Below, one piece after another: positions 14,800 to 30,199 of a stretch of 64,000 bases of DNA. The DNA is taken from the NCBI RefSeq assembly GCF_009914755.1, contig NC_060928.1. One strand, written 5' to 3'. The DNA is from the human T2T-CHM13v2.0 reference genome, Homo sapiens. Within the stretch, counting starts at the first letter, position 1, and each line of letters begins with the position of its first letter. The translations under genes and the position numbers were made by a program. The notes under the pieces are model-generated. The model searched no databases. It had not been told where the DNA came from and saw only the letters and a list, made by a program, of their open reading frames with translations.

Positions 14800-15170
14800 A
14801 CCTTTCCTTGGCATCTCAATTCAGATTCTCTAGGAGCACAGCCTGAGATCAAGCAATGCTAGGACAACCACAAGGAAGTAAAAAAATAAGTGATACAGGG
14901 AAGAGAAGAAAGCAGCCACAAGGTGGTACATGACTGAGCTGGGGAGAACTTCACAAGAAAACATAGCTGGTTATTTGGTCATGTGAAACAAATCTAAAGA
15001 AGTCATCTGGAAACTTTGTACCTTGGAATAGTTAGTCAGAGGGACATTTATATGTCAGTTGCTTGCCATACTCTATGTTTCATCGATAAAGAGTCATCCT
15101 ACAGGTTATTAAGTCCTCTGCCTTTATGATTTTATAATCTGCCCCTTTGTGTAGCCACTGGAGAAACAAT
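14800..15170 (-). mobile_element. Possible old ERVL LTR (LTR16-like)
   Basis: agattctctaggagcacagcctgagatcaag resembles an ERVL LTR end and lies next to ERVL internal sequence; weak match, approximate boundaries. Confidence 0.35.
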
Positions 15171-15429
15171 ACTCTAATGGAGATAGAACTTTCCTGGGTG
15201 TGTCCCTATCTCACAGTTGCCAAAACTACTGTGAATCCTTCCATGGCAGTTGCTACTGGGGATACGCTAATGCCTGGTCTTCACCTTGAGAGAGGCTGAT
15301 ATAGTTAATGGTGTTAAGAGATAAGGTGACAGTGGTGGCAATACCTGAGGCTCACCATTGAGCAAGTGGTCAAAAATGTGAAGACATGTTAGGATTATAA
15401 GGATTTAATCCTTAGGATTAGGATTTAGC

Positions 15430-17790
15430 CAATGTAGAAAAGCACACAAACTGGGCCCAGGACAGACAACCCCGTGTACAACTCAGATGTACTTGTACCA
15501 TCTGAGTTGATAACCCGATAGCATACAAAACAAGATCCCTCACATCTTTCCCAAGAGGAGAGTTTAAGTACAGTCCTTTAGAGTGATGGCAATGTGCGAT
15601 TCCCCAGAGATTTAAAAGAGCAGTAATAAATCCAGCCACAATATGCAATCCTCCAACTAGTCCCTGAGGCCTTAATTGATATTCATCACCTATCTCCTTT
15701 ACCATTAATCCCAGATTTTCCGCCATACTCTACCAGCATTTCAGCTGGTCTGAGTTGCTGCTGGGTGTTGCAGACCTAAATCCTGATGAATTAAGCCCTT
15801 AGTTTTCTTGCTTCTATGGAGTCTTGCTTGCTGCAATTTCTCCTTCCCATCAGGGCGTGGAGTACTTCTAAGTTTCAGACGTATTTTTCCTTGCTCAGAT
15901 TTTGTGGCAGTAGCCCTATCTCCTCATGGTGGTGAGCATGGATATCTCACACCATCTTTTTTGGTCTATTGTCATGAGGAACACACAGTAACCAGATCAC
16001 AGATAGAACCAATCACAGCTTCCACTTAAGTGGGATTCTAATTGTGTCCCCTGACAGAACAGCACTGCTCCCCTGACTCCACCACAAGAACCAGGATTCT
16101 AACTGGCAAAGTATAAGGTTGTAGGGAAAGGTAGTGCAAATACCACAAGTGGATCACTGCTACTGATTATAGGAAGGGCCTACCCTTAGTCCCAGAACTG
16201 TTGAGTCCTGGGTATGATAAATATAGCATTCTACATCAGTGATTGGTTTGGCATATTTCCCAATCCTAGAAGGCAGTACCTCAATTCTAAGGTTTTTCCT
16301 CATGCTGGTGTTTTGGCTGAACTTTTCATGATTAATATTATTCCACTGTACCATCAGGCCTATGGCTGTTGTGTGCTGAAACACATTATGACTATAAGCT
16401 CACTGTTGTGCCTTCTTTGATACAGCAGCAAATGTCCCTTAGTAGAAGCAATATTATGTGGGGCACCATATCATTGGATTAGGCATTCTTAGGCTATCGG
16501 ATGTGGATGCCAGTGAAGGCACTGTGAGAGGAAATGCAAACACATATCTAGACCATAATTCACCCACTTAGGACAAATTGCTGCCCACTCCAAAGTGGAG
16601 AGGATGCAACTTAATTTGCCTGCCACCCAACAGGTGTTGGGTCTCTATCGTACCCCGGAGGAATGGTACCATCTCAGTGGCTCATTGTCAGTCTGTTTCT
16701 GGCATTTAATAGTTAGAAGTGACAATAGCTATATTAGCTTTGGAAAGGGAGGCCATGTCCTGGGTCCATGCATATTCCCTGCCTCTGTCACTAAGATCTA
16801 GGTCCAACCACAATAGATCATTCTCTTCATGGGTCTATTGCACAAACCCTGGAGTAACTGAGAAAGGAGGCTGGCTAATATCCACTGGACACGTGACAAT
16901 GTCCACCTGGTAGTAGAAAGCTTCCTCTGCAGTATTTTATGTCTGATAGGCGTGATTTTGATTGTGCTCACTCCTACAACCCCATTCACATGTCTCTTGC
17001 TCGTATTCCTTGTATTTTATTTTCTAGTCTTACTTCTTTCAGGCCCATCAGATTATTAGCTCTGCCAATGCTTAACATACATATGCACCTCAGGTTACCT
17101 CCTTCTCTACATGAAGCGAATACCAAGTAAACGGTTTGCTGATCTTCCCACTGGGTATTTCCTTCATTATTGACCTTGAAGTCCACCCAACATGTCAGGC
17201 TGACCCATTTTTATACCAGTGCAAGTTCTTTCCTCCTCCGTGAGTGAGTCACAGGGAACTCTCGAGGGTGCGAGTTGAGAAAGAACCATCGGTGCAGTAG
17301 GACAGATGATAGAAGACTCTGGGACACCTCTTCATGATATATGGTCATACATTGTGGATCTGCTTGAGCCCAAATGTATGGAGCCAATGGATCCAATGTT
17401 CCAAATTTATCACTCTTATGTAACAATACATTATTTCTATGCCATACAGTGGGGTAAATCAATACCAAGTTCTCAATGGGCAGCTCTAGTCACAGAGTCC
17501 CTTTGTGTCCCATCATCAAGGGTTCAGTCTCTACTAAAGCCCAGTATTACAACAGGAGCTATTTTTCAAATGAGAAGTGGCTACCTGAGGCAGGAAGCAC
17601 TAGTACATTCTAGAACTCTAAAGGTCTGTACTGACACTTTCCTATTTGCTTTTCCTAAAGATTCCACATAGCAGAGTTGTTTCTCACCACAGACACTTTC
17701 AGCCCCATTGGCTCTCCTTGGTAACCCCAGGATTTGTAATACAGTCTTGATCTTCTGAGATGTCCTTCTTGAACGGGCCCCACTTGTCAC
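15430..17790 (-). mobile_element. Degenerate ERVL-class internal region (pol RNase H/integrase remnant)
   Basis: Minus-strand remnants: NEGNTQWEDQQTVYL (ERVL GEGKSSQWAELRAVHL-like, 17186-16986 ORF) and HTTAIGLMVQWN (integrase HPxAxGLIERWN-like, 16384-16160 ORF); many stops and frameshifts. Confidence 0.65.
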
Positions 17791-17885
17791 ATTCTGCTGT
17801 TTAACTCAATGTTTTAACATACATTTATAAAGGGGTTGATTAGCGGCTGGTTAAGCACTAGACAAAAGGTCTTAATGATAGGTGA

Positions 17886-18239
<354 letters not shown>

Positions 18240-18319
18240 TGAAAAAAGACCTTTATTGTGTATGTACACATATGTGTTATATTACTTATTTTCCTCATTA
18301 TTTGTCATCGTACCACAAT

Positions 18320-18440
18320 ATGTTAGAGGTGTAGCAACCAGATATGCCAGTTTACACCTGTTATTCCACTGTAATTATTAATACCTACTTTTATTCTCAA
18401 AAAATTTATACTAGATTGTCTAAGTTATAGGATATCAGAG
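18320..18440 (+). mobile_element. MER94-like remnant
   Basis: ccagtttacacctgttattccactgtaattattaatacctacttttattctcaaaa resembles the MER94 core. Confidence 0.45.
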
Positions 18441-19003
18441 TTCATATAAGATTCATAAACTCCCAGGATGCTACGGTTGGAAGGAAGCTCAGAGAATAAC
18501 CTGAAACCTCTTGTTTCACAGATGGAGAAGCTAAGGTAAAAACTGCTTGTTTATCTCAGAGTCACTAGAATACCATAAAGCTTTTAGACTGTAATCCCCA
18601 AACCCACTGTTCCCTTACCTCATATTATTCTCTACTGCACAACAAAGAAACACAAGACAAACAGCAACAAAAATAAAAACAAACAGCAAACAAACAGAGT
18701 GTACTTAATGAATGTAGGTTGTGAGTGGGATTTGGAACCTGGGCAGTTGATTTACAGAATTACATTTGTAAACGTTCACGTGCTTTAAAAACTAAACCTG
18801 AACAAAAGATAAATTATTATTTGGGATTTTTAACTCCTGGATATTTTAGTTTGAATGGCATGCCTACCAGTTACTACAGGATAACTGAAATTTTCTAAAA
18901 CATATTCAAGAGCATAATGGTGTCCAGCATTATAAGACCCAAAGATAACAGCACCCTGTGGTCCAGTCTCTGCATGTTGCTTCATTGATATAAGAAGCAA
19001 CCT

Positions 19004-19386
<383 letters not shown>

Positions 19387-20984
19387 TTAAATTCATATAA
19401 AATAGGTTTTAGAATACTCCTATCTGTAAACATTCTCATTTTACTCACAGTCACAACAGCTTCTACTTTCAAATGTTCTCTCTTTCAATCACTACTTTGC
19501 AACAACAAAATAATTCTTCCTGGAAAATCCACCCCCTTGCTAAACACATACAATCTCATGAATTCATTGCTTTACTCTCACTAGAGTTCTATCTCCAAAA
19601 CAAATCTTCTAACCTGTCTCTAGCTTCTCCCAGTTCTCCAAGAGTCCAACAAGTTGATGCAAGAAGTTAGGGAGAAAAGACTCAATAATAAAATATTAAT
19701 AAGCTTAGGCCTCTTACACATTAAACACTTTTTGGGACTTACTTCCATCTGCTCCATTTCCCTTTCCTGACTACAAAAATAAAAGGCAAATTATACAAAA
19801 CAAATCTCCAAAGGAGACATATAATTGCTAATGTCTATTCAGGAAACATCTAGTGCTCTATAGATCCTGGCATTCCAACAGCAAAGTATCACATTCTTGA
19901 TACTTGATGAAATATTCATACAGATCTCTGGAAATAACCTTATGAAGTACTTTTTGTCTATATGGATCGTTTTGTCTTACTGTGTTTAAATATTTCAAAA
20001 ACACATGCTTTTTATTTTCAGTAAAATTGCAAGTTCCTGGAAGTCATTATATACTCCGAACCTTCCACAATGTAGAACACCCTACTAATTATATGACATG
20101 TTTAAAACACAAGCTATTTAAAAACATGAAGAGAAAATGAGATTAAAAACCAAAACAAAACAACCCTGTGAAGAATAAAGAGAAATAATTAAGTACAGAG
20201 TGAATCATAGAAGAACTGGGAGAAAAGTAACCAAATGTGCTTTAATTTTGTTACATATAATGTGTAAAATATTGGCCGGAATATTAAACAGATAAGTATT
20301 TTTTAAACTTTATTCCTTATACCCCTGGGGTTGTTGTAGGTATAGGGACCCAGAAAGTGTTGGACAAATTAGGGCGAGTAAATGAATAGGCCTCAGGTTC
20401 TTTCCTTTACTGTACCCACCCAGTAGCTCCAATTATATCCCTTTAATTTACATTGGAATTCTGTGTACAATTCTGTTTGGAAAATAAACGTTACTGGGGC
20501 AAAAAAACAAAAACAAAAAAAGAAGAAACAGAAGGCTTAAGATCACCAAAATAGAAAATTGTAGCTCTATTTAAAGCTTCTATTTAAAACATAGCATTAA
20601 AGCCCACTGATGATATATTCAAGGAGGGATTTCCAACATGGGGCAAATGTGCTTTGAGTCTGTGAGTGGCAGAGACTAGCTTTATTCATCTTTTTGTCCA
20701 ACCGCAGTCTCCTACCCATGGGAAGTATCTGAGATGGGCTTGTTGACTGAATAAATGAAGTTTGCTTGCAGATTGTTGTTCTTATATTTTCCTAAAATTT
20801 AGGATAAAGTCAAAATATAGACTAACCCTAGAGTATAGTGCTAAGCTCTGCCAAGTTTCAATGGAGAAATGAGACATGGTTCGGTCTTCTACCCTTGCAT
20901 GATGTAGGTCTGTAATCCTAGATTAAGCAAGTCTTCCTTAGGGATAAAGATTTGAAAAATTTATCTTCATATGGCATTTCCTAT

Positions 20985-21390
20985 TGTGATGGTTAATTGT
21001 ACATATCAACTTGGTTGGACCACAGGGTGCCCAGATATTTGGTCAATGGTATACTGAGTGTTTCCATGAGGAGATTTTTGAGGGAGATTAACATTTGAAT
21101 CGGTAGCCTCAATAAGGCCCACTGCCCTCTCTAATTTGGGTCGGCCTAATTCAATCAGGTGGAGGCCTGAATAGAATAAGAGACTGACACTTCCCCCAAG
21201 TAAGAGAGGAATCTCCTGCCTGACTGCCTTCAAACTGAGACTTTGCTTTTTTCCTGCCTTTGGACTCAGACTGACACACTCGACTGGAACTACACCATTG
21301 GCTCTAATGGGTCTCCAGCTAGCCTACTCACCCTGCAAATCTTGGGACTTGTCAGCTTGCATAATGATGTAAACCAATTCTTTCTAATAA

Positions 21391-21422
<32 letters not shown>

Positions 21423-21457
21423 CTATTCTGTTTCTCTTTGGAACCCTGACCCATACA
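20985..21457 (+). mobile_element. ERVL solo LTR (MLT2D/MLT2B-like) with internal (GT)n
   Basis: tgtgatggttaatt...tcaacttgg...gggtgcccagatatttggtca start; ...gaaccctgacccataca end; (TG)14 at about 21393-21420. Confidence 0.8.
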
Positions 21458-23334
21458 CTAACTATGCTGGGATTCCATCACACTGATTTCTCTCTGCTTA
21501 GTGCATAAACAGCTGAGAGACAGGCCAGTTGGTGATGGTGGGAGGGAGATGGAAGAAAATCATCTAGAATATAGTTTAGGCTCTTCCATGGGCTTTTATC
21601 CCTCCTACCACATTTTACAAATACTCTCCTGACTTGTTCAAAAGAAAAACAACTATAGTGATGTTCGACTTGTCTAAGGGACATGCACAAGAAATCTCTT
21701 TAGTTCTGAGGCCAACATTCTGTGTGCAAGCACCTATGATATTGGAAGTGAGAACCAAAATTGGTAAACTTTAAAAATCTGGGTATATAAATTCAAAAAT
21801 GTCAGAAATTATGGAAGGTAATTATTGTAATAATGAGTATCTGAAAATAATAGATAATTCATTTACGGAAAAGTCGTAAGACAAAATAGCTTGATAAAAA
21901 TGTATACAGCAAAGGATATAGCCCAGTATGAGAGATATAAAAGTGTTATTTGAGACTGTTATAATTTAAGTAAATAGAAATATTTTTCCACAATGAGCTC
22001 TATAATACCATTTTAAAAAATAAAAATAGCTGTAGAACTTAAATAAAGCCTTTTGGTAGTTATTACACAGTAAAACTACACATGGTATGCATGGGTAGAA
22101 AGTTTAACAGCCAAGATGCTTTCATTCATTAAACAAAATTAGACCTTAAATCAAACTTAAAAGAAGTCATAAAAAATTTATTCACTAGGACAAAAATTAA
22201 ATACTAAATAGTCAGTGAAGAATAGACTACATAAATGACTGGTAGGTGGCTTCAATTTCATAAAGTGGTTGGGTGACACCATAAAACTGAGCAAAGTTCA
22301 ACTGGATGTCAGGTTTCACAGTATATTCAGCCTACAATTCAAAATATCTGTGCTTTAACCCACACATGGATAAAAATTGCATCCATAAATCACGGGCCTA
22401 TTTTTTAAAATACATTCTTATAAATGACAATGTGGTTAATGTTGCAAGCCATGAGCCACTATTTCAGGGAAAAACAACTGAATATTCCAAGTGGTCATTC
22501 ACTCCGATTTTCACTTGAAGTTAAAATAACTGCTTATTGTACTATATACACAATAAAGCCTCAAGTTATATACAAAGACTGACAGTTGGAACACAGTTAT
22601 TACAGGATTTAGTTGCAATCACAAAATCTGTTTGTATCTGATAAACAGCCAGATTCTATAATTTAATTTTAGGTAACTGCATTAGAAAAAAATGAAGAAC
22701 AATAAGTATGTCTTTTTCCAGACTAAGAATCTATTTGCTCTTGTTGATAAAGTTAAATTGGTATTTATTTACTTCTAAATAACATCAGTTTACCCTTCAC
22801 AGTTTGCTTTAAAGTTATTAAACATGGCCAGCACTTATTTTTTAGTATTTTAAAGCTTAGTGCTCCACTTATTGTCTAAAGCAGTGGTAGTTGCATTGTG
22901 CAAAGGTTTCTCACAAATCCACATATGTTCATTACATGCCTTTTCATTCTAAGTAGCCGTGGAAGTTATGAAACGTACTTAAAAGCTGTTTAAACAAGAC
23001 AGAGTGCTAGCATTCTCATCACATTTTAATAATTTGTGCCCACAATTTCAGAAATAGAGAACATTTCTGGATACCACCCCTTTAAATTCCTCTAACCCTG
23101 GACTTGGACGGAGGATGTTGTCCAGTTTCGTAGGTAGAAGGAAATCACCAGGCTCTATTGAATATTCTATGTCAAATTTGTTTGGTTAGTGGACACCATA
23201 AGATTTTCCAGGTGTTATCCCTTTTGATAATCAAGGTTACTTTTGCATAGAAAAGATCCCTTCCTTTGATTTCATAGCAATCTTCTGAGATCATTGCCCC
23301 ACAGCTGCACCAAACAAAATAAAAAATTCAATCG

Positions 23335-23442
23335 TACTAGGTATATTTCAAATGTTCAGTAGCCACATGACTATCCTATAGGATGGTACAATACAGAGCA
23401 TTTCTATCATCAATGAATGTTCTTTTGGACAATATCACTCTA
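23335..23442. mobile_element. MER3/MER33-like hAT-Charlie fragment
   Basis: tttcaaatgttcagtagccacatgacta...acagagcatttctatcatc...gttcttttggacaat. Confidence 0.55.
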
Positions 23443-23779
23443 CACAAATGACTGAGAAGTACAGTGACTTCGTTGATGCCACATTGCCAGTAAATGGTAG
23501 ATTCAGGACATGTACTCACTTCCTAGGAATTCAAATCCTGTTATCTTTTTTATTTAAATTCTTGGGGGAGTACAGTTTCTCCTATGAAAGTGTCTCTGAA
23601 CAGAAGGACAAGATTAGAGGCTCCCACCTGAGGGACTCATCTGAATGTAACTTTCATATGGCTCAACAGAGCCGGTTGAAATATTTTCTTTGAATATGCA
23701 TTGGACAGACAGTCTTGGCTATAGCAACTGCTGGAAAGCCAACCAACATAACAAAATTTTTATTTTACTTTCTAGTTAT

Positions 23780-24450
23780 TTAACAATTACTTATATAGTG
23801 CTTATTCTATGTCTGCTACTATTCTGAACACTTCACAAATATTCACTCATTTGCCATTCATAACAATTCATTGAAATAGGCACAATTATTATCATTCTCA
23901 TTTTAGAAATGAGAAGTTAACCAGAGAAGTTAAGCGATTCACTCCTGGTCACCTACCTAGTGAGTGGCAGAGATGACATTAAGTCCAGGCAGTTTAGCTT
24001 TGGAGCCTGTTTTAGTTTGCTAAGACTGCCATAAGAAAATATCATGGACTTGGTGGCTTAAACAACAGAAATTTATTTTCACAGAGTTCTAGGGGCTACA
24101 AGTCCAAGGTCAAGGTGTTAGCAGGTTTGGTTTCTTCTGCAACCCCTCTCGTTGGCTTGCCCATGACAGCCTCTTCACTATATTCACACTATGTCTTTCT
24201 TCTGAGTACAAATACTCCCTGGTGTTTCCCTGTGTACCCTCATTTCCTCCTATATGAACATCAGTCAGATTGGATTAGGGCCCACCCTAATGGCCTCTCT
24301 TTAAGCTAATCACCTCTTTAAAGACCCTGTCTCCAATATAGTCACATTCTGTAGTACTGGGGCTAGGGCTTCAGCGTGTGAATTTGGCAGGGGCAAGGCA
24401 CGATTCAGCCCAAAACAGAGCTCATGCTTTAAACTGCTATGCTGTGTGGA
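23780..24450 (-). mobile_element. MIR split by an MLT1A LTR
   Basis: MIR core (attctcattttagaaatgag...gagaagttaag...ggtcac...agtgagtggcagag) resumes after the LTR as gagctcatgctttaaactgctatgct. Confidence 0.65.
24008..24417 (-). mobile_element. MaLR solo LTR (MLT1A/A0-like)
   Basis: TG...CA ends; ggtggcttaaacaacagaaatttatt; 5-bp TSD gagcc/gagct. Confidence 0.85.
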
Positions 24451-24477
24451 CTCTCTATTAGAAATGTAACACAATCC

Positions 24478-24775
24478 GGCTGGGCACGGTGGTTCACGCC
24501 TGTAATCCCAGCACTTTGGGAGGCCGAGGCGAGTGGATCACGAGGTCAGGAGATCGAGACCATGCTGGCTAACATGGTGAAACCATGTCTCTACTAAAAA
24601 ATACAAAAAATTAGCCAGGCTTGGTGGCAGGCACCTGTAGTCCCAGCTATTCGGGAGACTGAGGCAGGAGAATGGTGTGAACCCGGGAGTAGTGAGCCAA
24701 GACTGCACCACTGCACTCCAGCCTGGGTGACAGAGCAAGACTCCTTCTCAAAAAAAAAAAAAAAAAAAAAAAAAA
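24478..24775 (+). mobile_element. Alu (AluY-like) with small right-arm deletion
   Basis: Y diagnostics; lacks about 10 bp at cccgggag^agtgagcc; TSD agaaat(g/a)taacacaatcc. Confidence 0.95.
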
Positions 24776-25032
24776 GAAATATAACACAATCCCTCTCCCA
24801 CTAGAAACCTTAGCAGAGAACATCTATCTTGACATTACCAATCTGAGGAAAACACAAAACAAAACAAACACCAAATTTCTATCTTGCCCACAAGGATTGA
24901 GTAGACAGTATGATGCCAGCCTTTTCGTTTTTCACATTAAACTCCAATGGGCCATAAGAAAGGAGGTTTTTTTTTTATGTTACTATGGCTCTTTTTAAAT
25001 AAATTACAGATGCTGCAGCTATTTACCCCAGA

Positions 25033-25245
25033 TCAGTCTTGACCAGTAGAACTCTTCATGATGTTGGAAATGTTCTATATCTGTGCTACCTAGTATGATA
25101 GGTACTAGCCACATGTAGCTGTTCGGTACTTACAATGTAAGCAGGTGACTGAGAAACTAAATGTTTAATTGTATTTAATTTTTAAAAATTAAAATAAGTT
25201 TAAATAGCCACATGTGGCAAGTGACTATGGTATGGGATAGTTCAG
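25033..25245. mobile_element. MER3 (hAT-Charlie)
   Basis: ggaaatgttctatatctgtgct...actagccacatgtagct...aaatagccacatgtggcaagtgactat. Confidence 0.75.
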
Positions 25246-25272
25246 TTCTAGATGATTCAACTAAGTCAATGA

Positions 25273-25619
<347 letters not shown>

Positions 25620-26379
25620 CTTACCCACTATTTCTTACACCAATGAATTATACTTATCTATTCAGTTATGCAGGCCAGAATGCTTGAGTCATCCTTGACA
25701 TTTACCTTCTAAATGTAATCCATCACCAAGTTCTGTTGATTCAGTTCCTTACAAAAGCTGAAATTTATGTACATGACTACCCTGGTCTAAGCCACCATCA
25801 TCAAAAGCCTAGGCACCCATAGTATCTCCTAACTTGTTTTTCCCTCTACACTTTTGTCCCATTTTCTAAATGTAATCATGTTGCCCTGTGCTAACAATTT
25901 CAATTGTTCTTAAGGAAAATATATTATTGAGTGCTTCTTATATGTTAGGTATTGTGCTAAATTCCAAGAATAATACAAATAACAAAACTGAGGAATTATT
26001 TTTATGTTGCTCAGCAGCTCCTAACTAATCTGAAGCCTGAGTATTATTCCGAAATCAGTGTCTCAGCTCCAAACACACCAGCTTTCTGGACAGATGGCAT
26101 GCCCTGTCTGCTCTTCTGTCCATTGAGAATTCGTGGCATAGTATAGTCAGCATACCTATGAAGTGTGCTAGGTTTCTAAGCCAGAGGACACTAAAATAAA
26201 TCACAGACTCAAGATTTGTATCTGAGACAGAACCAACTTTCAGCTGAAATGCAAAAGAACTATCATAGTAGCTCTGATACATTGTTTTACCATGTATATG
26301 GTTCTTTACATAAATGTTAGGCATGGTTTCCACATTTTAAAGGCATATGAATCTGTGAACTACATTTTTTTTATCAATA

Positions 26380-26540
26380 GTTTATTTTAAACCTCACAAT
26401 AACCATGTGCATATAGTAGTTAGTCTCTTTTCTACAGCTGAGGAAACTGAAAATTAGAGCGGCTAGGTAAATTGGGCCATGTCATATAGCTATTAAGTGG
26501 CTTTGGGGCAGCCAGGTTTCAAACCCAGGGCTGTTCCACA
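26380..26540 (-). mobile_element. MIR remnant followed by (CA)n
   Basis: acagctgaggaaactgaaaattagagcggctaggtaaattgggccatgtcatatagct core; (CA)n at about 26554-26587. Confidence 0.6.
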
Positions 26541-28311
26541 CATATGTGCATGCACACACACACACACACACACACTCACACACACACTATAGTCATAAGT
26601 GCTAGACTCTCTTGATCACTCAATTACTATAGTAGCTCTGCCAGACAAATGATAGTGGTATAATCAAAAAATAAAATAAAAATCAGGAAATTGAGAGATT
26701 AAATGGTGTTCTATAAATTTTAACTATGTGCCAAGTAGTAGATATATATTTTGAGTGAGGTTTATATTTATTCTCATTCTGTACTTTTGTCATTTCCATA
26801 CACTTTTCCCTCCTCCATTCACTTGAAATACAAAAATCTTGGCACAATTGAAAAAAATGTGCTTCTAAATGAGTTTTGCCTTATTCTTTCCTGTGGGGAT
26901 ATTTTAATATCCAAATAGGAGAATAAAACACGTATTTCTATCACCAGCTTGGTGACACTAAGTGCTCTACAGGACCTCTCATTAAGTGATACCAGGAATC
27001 CATAACAATGAACTTAATGACACACAGCATCTGCCCTCAATACTAGGAGTTGGTAGGGCAAACATACTTTACATGATGAATACCATACCACATGGTATTC
27101 TAATTGTGCATCAACATTGCATAAAGAAGAATGAACAGAAGAAATAATATTAATCAGGTGTGAGTCAATGGTAGAGCCCTGATGTGATATCTTTAATGCA
27201 TATTTTTTTTGGATCCTTCGTTCTTTGTTCTTAGAGCAAGCAAGAAAGAGAAACAGAGAAACAGACAGAAACCTACAAACACATCTACGAAGTTTATTTG
27301 ATATATATGAGATTAAACAGAGTAGCTGCTCCCTATTGCTTTTCCCACTAATCAATGTTTCTTTAAAGTCAGTAAAGATTTTCACTGTGCATTTGTTTTA
27401 CCTAAGTATTCAAATGCCAACAGACATCCCAAAATGCACGTGCTTCAGCCATGCCAAAAAAAATCAAGACACAAGGCGAGGCTGGAGAAATAGCTAGATA
27501 TAAAATCATGCCTACCTTGTAGGCCAAGTGAAGGGGAACCCTTGTCTGATGATAAATATATTTTGACAAAATACATAAATTAAATCTTAGAATGTCAAAT
27601 CATGCTAAATGGAGAGTCTGGGTCACTATGTAATATAATCCTACTATGTTTTGCATAATGTAGATGTTTTTGATAAAGAATTCACCTAAATAAATCTGAA
27701 TTTAATTTGGAGTTTTTAATATATATTTTTAATATTTTTAAAAGGTATTCTTGAAGTGCTATCATTTTGAAATAAAATGAACCATCATTTAAATTATAGT
27801 CACAAAATGTTTTAAGATATAGAATCAGAAAATAAAATATCTTCTGTCTCTCAGAATAGCTTTACTGCTTAGAAAACCAATTCTACATTATATGAAAACA
27901 TTTAAGTAAACACAGAGAATGTGTCTCTTTAACATATTTCCTTGTGCAGCAACTAGGATTTCAAAGCTGGGATTTTAAAGACTCTTATCGGCCATCTTCT
28001 TCATATATAATAATATGAAATGATAAAAATATAGATTTAGGATATAGATACATACATAGATATATTTATCACTGTTCTAAAATATAGCTCTAAAATATAG
28101 AATACCGAATATCTGAAGTATTTAGTGCTAAACAAAATGTATATGTTTATCACTGAAAAAATATTTTATCACCATGAATCTAGTATACATACAACATTTG
28201 CAAACTGTGATATCCAAGATAAGGCGCGTGTATTCTCTCAAAGAACTGGCCCATAAAATGTTATATTTAAAGTTTATATGTCCCAAACTCGACTGTGTTT
28301 TTTATACTAAA

Positions 28312-28872
28312 GTGACGGTTAACATTAAGTGTCAACTTGATTGGATTGAAGGATGCAAAGTATTGTTTCTGGGTGTATCTGGGTGCTTCTGGCTGTTACC
28401 AGAAGAGTTAACATTTGAGTCTCTGGGCTGAGAGAGGAAGACCCACCCATAATGTGGGTGGGCACCATCCAATCGGCTGCCAAAGTGGCTGGAAAAAGCA
28501 GGCAGAAGAAGGTGGAAGAAGCTACTGGGTTTCTGAGTCTTCCGGCCTTCATCTTTCTTCCATGCTGGATGTTTCCTGCTCTCGAACATCAGACTTCAAT
28601 TTCTTTGGCTTTTGACTCTTGGACTTACACCAGTGGTCTGCCAGGGGCTCTCTGGCCTTTGGCCACAGGCTGAAGGCTGCACTATTATCTCTCCTACTTT
28701 TGAGGTTTTGGGGCTGGGATTGAGCCACTAAAGGCTTCCTTGCTCCTCAATTTGCAGACAGCCTATTGTGGGACTTCACTTGTGATCATGTGAGTCGATT
28801 CTCCTTAATAAACTCCCTTTCATATATACATATTCCTATTAGTTCTGTCCCTCTAGAGAACCCTAATATACA
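28312..28872 (+). mobile_element. ERVL solo LTR (MLT2A1/A2-like)
   Basis: gtgtcaacttgattggattgaaggatgcaaagtattg...aataaactcccctt...gttctgtccctctagagaaccct. Confidence 0.9.
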
Positions 28873-30199
28873 CACAAATATATATATATATGTATAAGTA
28901 TATATATAAATATGTATATATATTATACAATTTAAGAAAGGCTTTAAGTTCATTGTTTGGAATATTTGTATCCTTTCCTCTAAAGTCCTTGTATTATATG
29001 CTAGAAAGATCCTCCCACCTCACTTCCCATTTATTGAATTAATGATGAAAATTGTATATAGGAATGAAAGGGGGCAGGAGAAAAAGAGAAAAAAAATATG
29101 ACATAGATCAAATTAATTTTCTCCTGGGAACTTTTATTGGTTATGAGGTTCATTTCCACTGAAATATTTCTAGGTGTTACTTTAAAACATTTTGTGCTCA
29201 TGATAGGTTTTCTAACACTGTTTTAGGCCTAGGAATTTATAATTTTTTGATAAAGCCAATATTTTGTGGCTACCACAGTCTCTCATCTGAACATATAAAG
29301 GTGCACATGATATAACAAAACATTGTAGCTGTCATGGAGTTTAAGTTATACATGTCCCATCATTTTATCTAGTAACTAACATATTTCAATGTAGGCTGAG
29401 CACAGCAAACCTTTGAAATAGTACAAAATTTGAAGAAAATACTCAACATAAACAAAATATATGGCAACATTAAAACATACTGTAAAAGTTTTACTGGTGG
29501 TAGTTTGGCAAGACCTACATAACTTGTCTGCACTCAACCCAAGCTTGAAGGACTATAAAGTTTGAAGCACTATGAATACAAACAAACACACTCACATATA
29601 AGTACACACACACACACAGACCTTAAATACACATAGGATCTCTATGCTGTTTTCAACATAAACTGTTGCTGTTGCTGTCTTCCTTGCACCCATAATTACT
29701 CCACAATAAACCAGCTGCCATTTCTCCCATCTGTCAATTATGCTAGATCAAAGAGGTTGTTTTTTGATAGTTAGTCCCTTACATATCATGATTATGGAAT
29801 AATTTATTAAACTTCTCAAAAAGAAGATGTTATATTCAGTGCTTTAGAGCTAATATTATTTGCCTACTCTTCCCTTCCTAAAAGATAATTCCAATATAAT
29901 TCTTAAGAGGTTGAATATCAAAGCTGTCTCCAGAAAACTCCTACTGTAAATATGCATTTTATAACATTTTCAATCAGATTTTGTGCGCCTGCAACATGAA
30001 TCATGAATTCTAACGAAAAGAGTAAAGTTGTAGACAGAAAAACCATTAGTAGATGGTTGCATTATTATAGGAAAGAAACGATGTAGTGTGTAATATGAGT
30101 ATGGGGAACAGCAGATATAAAAATTAAATGGGCTTGGGCTAAATTGTGGAATTAGAATTAGAAATTGATAAAGTAGAATGTGGTTACATGTAGTTAAAT

